From Armatimonadota bacterium (GTDB taxonomy: Bacteria; Armatimonadota; HRBIN16): 64,000 nucleotides of DNA. The number at the start of each line of letters is the position of its first letter. Within the stretch, counting starts at the first letter, position 1. Below the pieces are notes generated by a model. That model saw only the letters and a list, made by a program, of their open reading frames with translations. It had not been told where the DNA came from and did no database searches. The position numbers and the translations under genes are program-made. The stretch is taken from contig OY781964.1 in assembly GCA_963677485.1 (NCBI GenBank), forward strand, positions 992,001-1,056,000, read 5' to 3'. Shown here one piece after another: positions 56,440 through 64,000 of this stretch.

Positions 56440-56574
56440 GTTCACTTGGCAACATACGTCGCTTGGCATCATTTTGAAGCCGAGCTGCGGCAAGGGTGAA
56501 CCAAGTTCGTGGCGTTTTCCAACGGCACATCCCACTAAACCCAAGACTAAATTTTCGCTTGAGGATAAACAGCT

Positions 56575-57960
56575 ATGCAGGTATCAAAGGAAGTTCTTGA
56601 CGACAAGACAGTGCGTCTGCACGTGGAAGTGGACGCCGAGCGCGTCGCTAAGACGTACGAAAAGGTCTACCGTGAACTCAGCAAATATGTAAGGGTGAAG
56701 GGCTTCCGCCCCGGTAAAGCCCCCATCAGCTTCGTAAAACAAGAACTCAAACCTGAGTTTGTTTTCGAAGAGGTGGCGAAAAAGCTGATCAACCCCACGG
56801 CAACCGAAGCGATGCAGCAAGAAGGCATTGAGCCCTTTATGGTCACGCCGGACGTTGAGGCCCTGAAGCTGGAAGAGGGCGAGCCCATGAGCTACGACCT
56901 CGACATCCCCACCAAGCCCGAGGCCACCCTGGGCACCTACAAGGGTTTGAAGCTGACCAAATGTACCGTTGAAGTCACCGACGAGCAGGTTGAAGAAGAA
57001 ATCACCTCACGCCGCCGACAGGCTGGCACCAACCAGCGCGTGGATGAAGCAGCAGACATGGGACACACCGTGTTTGCGACCATCACCCCTCATGTAGAAG
57101 GCGAGCCAAACGCCCGCGGCGCCCTGCGCAAGTTCGTAGTGATAAACGAGGAAGCGCAAGCTGATGTTCTTGAAGGTCTGCTGTTTGGCATGAAAGCCTC
57201 CGAGACCAAGGAAGAGACCGTCACCTTCCCCGAGGATTACAAAGAGGCCGAATACGCTGGATTGACCGCGACTGTTGCAGTGCAGGTTCATGGCGTCAGT
57301 AAGATCATCGAGCCCACCGAAGAGCAGTTCCTGGAAAAATCCGGGGCCGCCAGCATGGAAGAGCTGACTACGCAGACCCGTGAGCGGATGGTCTCCTATC
57401 TGACAGAATCAGCCGAATCCACCAGCCGCCGCAACCTGGAAACCGCCTTGATGGAGAACAACCAGGTCAGCATTTCCCGCGTGCTGGTGATGGGCTTAGC
57501 TCAGCGCGAACTGGAGAACCAGGCTGAAACTCTCCGCCACCGCGGTTATTCACTAAAGCAGTTCCTAGAGCAGCGCAACATGACCCCCGAGCAGTACTTG
57601 CAGCAGCAGGCCGCCGAAGTCTACTACAACCTGTTTGTCTCGTCTGTTCTTGAGGCCATCGTAGAGGCTGAAGGCATCACCGCCACCGATGAAGAGCTGG
57701 AAGCACGCCTTGAAAAGCTGATCGCTGAAGCAGGCGAAGAGGCCGAACAGGCACGCGAAGCCGCTCAGCGTGACGATGTGAAGGCTAATGTCCGCCAGGC
57801 CCTCGCGACCGAGAAGGCAATTGAATGGCTGTGGTCCGAATCTGAAGTCACCGAGCAGGACCTGCGCGAGTTCATGGCGGAGCAGACCGCCAAGCGAATC
57901 GCCGAGCAGACCGCTGCCCAGGCTGAGGTCGCTGAAATCGAGGCGGCTCCAGAGGCTTAA
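56575..57960 (+). CDS. tig: Trigger factor
   Basis: Ribosome-binding motif GFRPGKAP and TFPEDY. Located upstream of clpP-clpX. Confidence 0.95.
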   Translation: MQVSKEVLDDKTVRLHVEVDAERVAKTYEKVYRELSKYVRVKGFRPGKAPISFVKQELKPEFVFEEVAKKLINPTATEAMQQEGIEPFMVTPDVEALKLEEGEPMSYDLDIPTKPEATLGTYKGLKLTKCTVEVTDEQVEEEITSRRRQAGTNQRVDEAADMGHTVFATITPHVEGEPNARGALRKFVVINEEAQADVLEGLLFGMKASETKEETVTFPEDYKEAEYAGLTATVAVQVHGVSKIIEPTEEQFLEKSGAASMEELTTQTRERMVSYLTESAESTSRRNLETALMENNQVSISRVLVMGLAQRELENQAETLRHRGYSLKQFLEQRNMTPEQYLQQQAAEVYYNLFVSSVLEAIVEAEGITATDEELEARLEKLIAEAGEEAEQAREAAQRDDVKANVRQALATEKAIEWLWSESEVTEQDLREFMAEQTAKRIAEQTAAQAEVAEIEAAPEA

Positions 57961-58044
57961 GTCCAACCGGACAACCGTATCGGCGGCGCAGGACGAGGCA
58001 TCCAACAACCTCGCCCTGCGCCTTCTCAATTAGGAGGATATCCC

Positions 58045-58662
58045 ATGTCAGACAGACCTGAGAACTATTACATTCCCTACGTTCTGGAGCAGAGCGGAGG
58101 CATGCAGCACTCGTATGACCTGTGGTCACGGCTGTTAAAGGACCGCATCATTTTCCTGGGGGACGCCATCGATGACCATGTGGCGAATGTGGTCGTCGCG
58201 CAGATGCTCTTCCTTGAGAAGGAGAGCAACGATAAGGACATCGAGCTCTACATCAACAGCCCGGGCGGATCGGTGACCGATGGTCTGGCCATCTACGACA
58301 CCATGCAGATGCTGAAGTGCGATGTCGCGACCATCTGTGTGGGGCAAGCCGCCTCTATGGGTGCAGTCCTGCTTGCGGCCGGAGCTCCGGGTAAGCGTGT
58401 GTGCCTTGAGCACTCCCGCGTGATGATCCACCAGGTGAGTGCAGGCTTCCAGGGAACCGCCATTGATATCAACATCCAAGCCCAGGAGATTCTTCGCACC
58501 AACCAGATCCTTCATGACATCATTGCGCAGCACACCGGCAAGCCTGTGGATGAAGTGCTGCAAGCCACTTCGCGCGACAACTTCATGACCGCCGAAGAAG
58601 CCAAACAGTTCGGCATCGTGGATGTCGTGCTGGGCAAAAAGTCACGCTCCGACCTGAAATAA
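58045..58662 (+). CDS. clpP: ATP-dependent Clp protease proteolytic subunit
   Basis: [30 protein letters not shown] and RDNFM.A.EA. Confidence 0.98.
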   Translation: MSDRPENYYIPYVLEQSGGMQHSYDLWSRLLKDRIIFLGDAIDDHVANVVVAQMLFLEKESNDKDIELYINSPGGSVTDGLAIYDTMQMLKCDVATICVGQAASMGAVLLAAGAPGKRVCLEHSRVMIHQVSAGFQGTAIDINIQAQEILRTNQILHDIIAQHTGKPVDEVLQATSRDNFMTAEEAKQFGIVDVVLGKKSRSDLK

Positions 58663-58680
58663 CTAAGGAATACAGCCTGA

Positions 58681-59928
58681 ATGCGTAGAAAAACCAACAG
58701 CGAGGTATGTACCCTCTGCGGCGAGTCCGTAGATGCGTATGTGCCCGGACGAATGGGCGTAGTGTGCATCAACTGCGTCGAGTACGCGCACACGCTCATC
58801 GAGGATGCCAAATCTGAAGGCAAAAAGAAGCCTGCGGTTTCGACAACTAAGCTGGACGAGCCGTTCATCAATCCGCCCAAGCCGCACCAGATATTCGCAG
58901 AGCTGAACAACTATGTGATCGGTCAGACCCAGGCGAAGCGGATGCTCAGTGTGGCGGTGTATAACCACTATAAGCGCATCAAAAGCCTGAGCTCCTCCGC
59001 CAATGAGGTGGAGCTGCAGAAGTCCAATGTGCTGATGATCGGCCCCACCGGCTGCGGCAAGACCCTACTGGCGCAGACCCTGGCCCGATACCTGAATGTG
59101 CCCTTTGCCATCGCCGATGCCACCACCCTGACCGAGGCCGGCTATGTGGGCGAGGATGTGGAAAACATCCTACTGCGACTGCTGCAGAGTGCCATGGTGG
59201 ACAACAACATGGACACCACGGTCGCCCGCGCTCAGCGGGGCATCATCTACATCGATGAGATCGACAAGATCGCCCGGAAGAGCGAGCACTCCAGCATCAC
59301 CCGTGACGTCTCCGGCGAGGGTGTGCAGCAGGCTCTACTGAAGATCATCGAGGGCACCGTATCCAATGTACCGCCAGTGGGGGGGCGAAAGCACCCCGAG
59401 CAGGCCTACATCGCCGTGGATACCAGCAACATCCTGTTCATCTGCGGAGGCGCCTTCCAGGGTCTGGAAGAGATCGTGCGCAAACGGCTGGGCGACCGCA
59501 GCCTGGGCTTTCGCGCCGCTCAGAAGCGCAGCGGGACGGACCTGACCCGCGGCGAGGTGCTAGCCGATGTCAGCCCGGATGACCTGATGAAGTTCGGACT
59601 GATCCCCGAGTTCATTGGCCGTCTGCCCAACATCACCGCCATCGACCCGTTGAGCGTGGACGACCTGGTGCGCATCATGACCGAGCCCAAAAACGCGCTG
59701 GTCAAGCAATACAAGGCGCTGGTGGGTATGGACGACATGGAGCTCAATTTCGAGCCTGAGGCCATCACTGAGATCGCCAAGCGGGCGGAAGCCCGCGGCA
59801 CCGGCGCACGCGCCTTGCGGGGCATCGTGGAGGGCATTATGATGGATGTGATGTTCGACGCGCCCAGCGACGACAGCATCAAGGCCATCACCATCGACGC
59901 AGAACTCAAGGCGAACATCGGCCGGTAA
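58681..59928 (+). CDS. clpX: ATP-dependent Clp protease ATPase subunit ClpX
   Basis: C4 Zn finger, [38 protein letters not shown] loop and GARALR. Confidence 0.98.
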   Translation: MRRKTNSEVCTLCGESVDAYVPGRMGVVCINCVEYAHTLIEDAKSEGKKKPAVSTTKLDEPFINPPKPHQIFAELNNYVIGQTQAKRMLSVAVYNHYKRIKSLSSSANEVELQKSNVLMIGPTGCGKTLLAQTLARYLNVPFAIADATTLTEAGYVGEDVENILLRLLQSAMVDNNMDTTVARAQRGIIYIDEIDKIARKSEHSSITRDVSGEGVQQALLKIIEGTVSNVPPVGGRKHPEQAYIAVDTSNILFICGGAFQGLEEIVRKRLGDRSLGFRAAQKRSGTDLTRGEVLADVSPDDLMKFGLIPEFIGRLPNITAIDPLSVDDLVRIMTEPKNALVKQYKALVGMDDMELNFEPEAITEIAKRAEARGTGARALRGIVEGIMMDVMFDAPSDDSIKAITIDAELKANIGR

Positions 59929-60193
59929 CGCTGGTTTGAGCCGCGATCCTGACGGGCAGCCGGCCACGGCTGCCCGTTTGCGTTTTAGTGGGGGGCAGCG
60001 GATAGCCTCACGCGGAGACGCGGAGGGGGATGGTGGCCCGAGCTTTATGGCCATGTCCGGGGCGGTCTGGCGGTTATCTCGCGGTGACGGACGCTCAAAG
60101 ACCGTGCCGGTCTATTTGAGTGCAGGCGGCACTTGGCCCGGAGGGGAGATTAATCCACAGATTGCGGCGGATTCCTAAGACAGCGCCGCCCCT

Positions 60194-60332
60194 GCCGCGA
60201 CATCAATGTCTCGGCTATTGACCAATATGACTGCTGAAGCAGCCTATGGTGCATTTACCCCAATCGGCACGGAGTGCCGCAGTCCGTTTCAACGGACTTG
60301 ATGATCAATAGCCGAGACATTTATGTCGCGGC
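60194..60332. mobile_element. MITE/REPIN-like element, second copy of 3096-3232
   Basis: Same TIRs (2 mismatches in the left arm) and the same internal CTGCTGAAGCAG and CCGTTTCAACGG hairpins. Confidence 0.8.
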
Positions 60333-60555
60333 GTCAGTCGCATACATGCCTTCTTATTCACGAGTGCCCTCCGCCTCCCCCATCTGTGTCATCCGCGTAA
60401 TCCGTGGTTCAGACAATACACATCTCCCCTCCGCGCCCTCCACGCCCTCAACGCCTCCGCGTGAGGCCATTGCGAAATTCTGTAACCGATGCTATACTCT
60501 TGGTAATAACTCCGCCCCTTCAGACGTGTTCACCAATGCTGGAGGCCGGCTAAAA

Positions 60556-61203
60556 ATGGGTAACATGGTTCACTACACAAAAGACCCGGCACGCCTCACC
60601 AAGGCACTCATATCATGGATCATCGCATCAATCATCATAGCGGTGGCCACGATCTATAGCAACACCATGCATATTGGCGAGCTTGCAGCAGCGCCAACCG
60701 ACGCCCCTGCAGTCCCCAATGCCGCCGGTGCGCTTCTCATGCTGCTTGACTTTATCGTTGAGCTGACCGCCGGAATCATCTTCCTTCGCTGGGTATACAT
60801 CACCACCATCAACTGCCGAGGGTTCGGCGCGCGGGGTATGTCCTATAATCCCGGGCAGGCGGTCGGCACCTATTTCCTTCCGTTGTATTGTCTGTACAAG
60901 CCATACTACGCGCTAAAAGAGGTATGGCAGTGCAGCCAAAACCCCCTCCACTGGAAGGGCATGAAGGGCAGCCCGGCCATCATCAGTTGGTGGGTTTTGT
61001 GGCTTCTGTCCAGTTTCTACAGCAACATCGATCAAAACACGCCTTCCGCGGCCAATGATAGCTCAGTACTGGTAAGCTCAATGTACACCCAAATCATACA
61101 TATCATCATGTGCCTACTGGCGATTTATCTGGTCGCATCTATACGTAAAATGCAGGAAGCGTGGATCCACCAGAACACCGAAGAACCGCCGCAAGCCGAC
61201 TAA
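60556..61203 (+). CDS. DUF4328-domain membrane protein
   Basis: FLRW.Y....N, P..AVG.YF.P...L.KPY..LKEVW..S and WW.LW. GGAGG RBS. Confidence 0.8.
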   Translation: MGNMVHYTKDPARLTKALISWIIASIIIAVATIYSNTMHIGELAAAPTDAPAVPNAAGALLMLLDFIVELTAGIIFLRWVYITTINCRGFGARGMSYNPGQAVGTYFLPLYCLYKPYYALKEVWQCSQNPLHWKGMKGSPAIISWWVLWLLSSFYSNIDQNTPSAANDSSVLVSSMYTQIIHIIMCLLAIYLVASIRKMQEAWIHQNTEEPPQAD

Positions 61204-61222
61204 TCCTGAGGAAGGGGCGCCG

Positions 61223-62281
61223 ATGTCTCGACTACACAGCATACGCGATCTGGTCAACCGGATGATCTCAGGGTTCGACCCTGAGCTGCAGCCTTACGCC
61301 TACAATCACCTGCATGGCATAGCGCAGGCATCGTCACTGCTGGCGCTGAAGCGTGGTCTGGATGCGGAGTTGGCGGCGGTGGCGGGACTGATGCACGACC
61401 TCTACTCCTACACCACCGGCCTCACCAAGTTCCACGATCAGAACGGGGCCGAGATGATACGCCCCATTCTGCGCGACACGAAGCTGTTCAGCAGCTCTGA
61501 GCAGCAGTGCATCATCTCTGCGGTATTCCATCACTGCGACAAGCAGAACCAGCACGGTGCGTATGAGGAGCTTCTGAAGGACGCTGACGTGTTGGGGTAC
61601 TATCTGAACGACCCCGATTCGCCCGTGAATCTGGAGCGGACCGACCGGCTGAGCAGCCTGTTTACGGATCTTCAGATGTCCGCCCAACTGCCGGATTACT
61701 ACGACGCCCTGCCCGAGCCCAAACCGAAAAAGCACAAAGACCTGCGCAAGAAGCTGGCCGATATCGCCGAAACTCTAGCCAGCCAGGGCATCACCGGGAT
61801 ACCCTCCGACCCGTATTATCAGCAGATTTGCCAGTATTGGACGGGCGAGAATGTGATGAAGGAGATTTCCTGCAACTGGTGTGCGGCGTTTGTATACCAT
61901 TGCTGTTATGAGCATGGGTTCATACTGCCGATGCGTCATCCGCTGGTCTCCTGCCGATTCGCCTGCGTCGGGGCCTGGTTGGAGTGGGCGCAACTGCCCG
62001 AAAACGGCTACTGGCAAAGCAGTGATTCGAAGCACCAGCCCGAACGCGGTGACATCGTCATCTTCGACCAACTACTATCGAAAAGTCCCCACGACCACAT
62101 CGGGGTGCTTCTTCATGCCGACGCACAGAGAATCACAGTCGCCGAGGGCAACTCCGCTCACAACCGGTCGGCGGTGATCCAGCGGGATCGTGACCAGCAC
62201 GTGGCGGGATACATCCGTATGGACGATGTGTGTAAATATAACTCCAATGGCCGGTGCTACGACCCATCGGTGTTGGGGTGA
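61223..62281 (+). CDS. HD-domain plus CHAP-domain fusion protein
   Basis: HD motifs H...AGLMHD...HH...KDAD. CHAP motifs WCAAFV, P..GDIVIF, HIG and EGN. Confidence 0.8.
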   Translation: MSRLHSIRDLVNRMISGFDPELQPYAYNHLHGIAQASSLLALKRGLDAELAAVAGLMHDLYSYTTGLTKFHDQNGAEMIRPILRDTKLFSSSEQQCIISAVFHHCDKQNQHGAYEELLKDADVLGYYLNDPDSPVNLERTDRLSSLFTDLQMSAQLPDYYDALPEPKPKKHKDLRKKLADIAETLASQGITGIPSDPYYQQICQYWTGENVMKEISCNWCAAFVYHCCYEHGFILPMRHPLVSCRFACVGAWLEWAQLPENGYWQSSDSKHQPERGDIVIFDQLLSKSPHDHIGVLLHADAQRITVAEGNSAHNRSAVIQRDRDQHVAGYIRMDDVCKYNSNGRCYDPSVLG

Positions 62282-62436
62282 CATCGCCCACGTGGTGATC
62301 CGGTACCACTGAGCTGTTGCCCCATCCTGACGATCACCATTGTTCCCATACCAAAAAACATCCGAATTGATTGTAATACAGAACCCAAATCTGCCTATTG
62401 ACGCTTGAATGACCGTGAAGATCATCATATTTTAGA

Positions 62437-62485
62437 ACTTTTCAACGAAAAGTAGATTGTGCCCATGGCGGGCTAAGCATAGAAT
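62437..62485 (+). promoter_or_regulatory. Candidate promoter with upstream palindromic operator
   Basis: ACTTTTC-AAC-GAAAAGT followed by TTGTGC-17 nt-TAGAAT. Confidence 0.4.
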
Positions 62486-62524
62486 GCAGATAGATATCTC
62501 ACACATACCCAGGGAGGCCATGAC

Positions 62525-63514
62525 ATGGCAAAAAGAATCGTGTTTCCATCAGCGGGTGAGGTCACCTGCGAGTGCTTTGAGGCGCAGAAGCCAGGCGAAC
62601 ATGAGGTGTGTTTTCAGACCGACTGCAGCTTGATGAGCACAGGCACCGAGACGATAGTGTATAACTACCAGTTTGATCCCGGCACCAACTGGGCCAACTG
62701 GGTCAAGCACCCCTTCTATCCTGGCTACTCCGCCGTGGGGCACATCACCGCCATTGGGGCCGGTGTCAGCCGCTGGTCCGTGGGCGATCGTGTGGTGTGC
62801 CGTGCGGGCCACGCCTCTGAGCATGTGAAACACGAATCCGAACTGTATGCCGTACCGGATGATGTGGAGAACCAACAGGCAGCCTGGTTTGCTCTGGCCA
62901 AAATCGCCGCGATGGGTGCCCATGTAGCCGAATACCGCCTCATCGACAGCGTGCTGGTAATTGGGGCCGGCCCAATTGGCCAGATGACGGTTCGCTGGGC
63001 GTTTGCAGCGGGAGCGACCAACATCATCGTGGTGGATTCCATCGCGGAACGGCTGCAGATGGCTATGAATGGCGGCGCCACTCACACCATCTCCAGCCCT
63101 GTTGAGGATTCGTTTGAGGCCATTCGAGCTTTGAATAACGGCCAGTTGACAAGAGTGGTGGTCGACACCACAGGCCATGCGGCCGTCTTTGCTCACGCGC
63201 TAGCCGCAGCCGCCCCAGGGGGACGTGTGGTGTTGCTGGGTGACACTGGGCGTCCGACGCAGCAGCACCTGACCTCTGACCTGATGGGTAAAGGGTTGAC
63301 CGTCATCGGCGCGCACGATTCCAATGAGAAGGAAGGCTGGAACTCAGCCATCATCATCCCCGCCATCTTCGAGCTGGCACGGAGTGGCAGGTTCTCATTG
63401 TCGGGCTTGAATACACACGTGTTTCAACCTGAGCAGTGCCTGGAGGCCTATACCCTGGCATCCACGCGGCGCGGCGAGTCGATGGGCATCCTGTTCGACT
63501 GGAGCCAGTCATGA
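62525..63514 (+). CDS. MDR-family (zinc-binding-type) dehydrogenase
   Basis: S.GTE, PGYS.VG, V.VIGAGPIG and D.TG. Confidence 0.88.
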   Translation: MAKRIVFPSAGEVTCECFEAQKPGEHEVCFQTDCSLMSTGTETIVYNYQFDPGTNWANWVKHPFYPGYSAVGHITAIGAGVSRWSVGDRVVCRAGHASEHVKHESELYAVPDDVENQQAAWFALAKIAAMGAHVAEYRLIDSVLVIGAGPIGQMTVRWAFAAGATNIIVVDSIAERLQMAMNGGATHTISSPVEDSFEAIRALNNGQLTRVVVDTTGHAAVFAHALAAAAPGGRVVLLGDTGRPTQQHLTSDLMGKGLTVIGAHDSNEKEGWNSAIIIPAIFELARSGRFSLSGLNTHVFQPEQCLEAYTLASTRRGESMGILFDWSQS

Positions 63515-64000
63515 ACACCCATGTGAAAGTCAGCGCCCCCGATTGGTGCTTCTACACGGAAGGTATGGAGCCAGGAGACTATTACCGTCAACTGAAAGAG
63601 TGCGGCGTGACGGCAGCCGAGATGGTGCCGCCAGAACGACGCCAAGCCGTGCGTGACGCCGGTCTGATATTGCTGAACCACTCCGGTCCTGGAATGCAGA
63701 AGGGATTGAACCGGCTGGAGCACCACGCAGAGCTTCTCCCGCAGATATGCCGGGCGATTGACGAAGCTCAGGCTGATGGCATCCCGCATCTCATCGTGTT
63801 CAGCGGGAATGGCGAGGGGCTGCCTGTGGCGGATGGGATATCGAACTGCATCACCGGACTGACCGCCGTGGCTCCATATGCGGAGCAGGCGGGCATCACG
63901 TTGGTATTCGAGATGCTGAACAGCTATGACCATGCCGATTTCCACGCCTGCCACGGCAGTTATGGGTTTGAGGTGGGGCGTGGTGTCGGCTCCGCCTCCG
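63511..64000 (+). CDS. Hydroxypyruvate isomerase-like TIM-barrel protein (3' truncated, absent from the ORF track)
   Basis: My translation from ATG 63511 gives MNTHVKVSAPDWCF...GLN...IVFSGN...AE.AGITLVFEMLNS.DH. ATGA overlap with the upstream gene. Confidence 0.8.
   Translation, partial: MNTHVKVSAPDWCFYTEGMEPGDYYRQLKECGVTAAEMVPPERRQAVRDAGLILLNHSGPGMQKGLNRLEHHAELLPQICRAIDEAQADGIPHLIVFSGNGEGLPVADGISNCITGLTAVAPYAEQAGITLVFEMLNSYDHADFHACHGSYGFEVGRGVGSAS

Noticed and set aside
56150-56574. tRNA gene upstream of tig
   Set aside because: No cloverleaf, GTTCGA T-loop or CCA end was found.

Overview
GC-rich bacterial chromosomal window with no rRNA, tRNA, CRISPR array, integrase or transposase that I can recognise. 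The gene mix suggests an Armatimonadota-like or PVC-like polysaccharide degrader; this is inference from DUF1559/H-X9-DG-like proteins, CehA/McbA, DUF4838, UroD-like and ADP-ribosylglycohydrolase genes and carbohydrate ABC permeases. Housekeeping genes are rpsF-ssb-rpsR (with a candidate S6:S18 leader and a terminator) and tig-clpP-clpX. Most other genes encode carbohydrate transport or catabolism. The standout region is 19.0-26.3 kb: a same-strand array of eight paralogous pilin-like membrane proteins in two subfamilies. They show degenerate prepilin sites, constant blocks around a hypervariable segment, and a shared W-[KER]-P-stop end whose DNA conservation runs past the stop codon into a modular hairpin repeat found six times in the window. 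Two paralogous large membrane proteins face the array. Other points of interest are an FGE/CLec gene whose 3' end looks like a DGR variable repeat with no RT in view, several REP/REPIN/MITE-like families, 7-9-mer periodic repeats, a VapBC-type pair between two ADP-ribosylglycohydrolases, an HD-CHAP fusion and a frameshift-eroded glycosidase start. All product calls come from motif recognition by eye, not from database searches.
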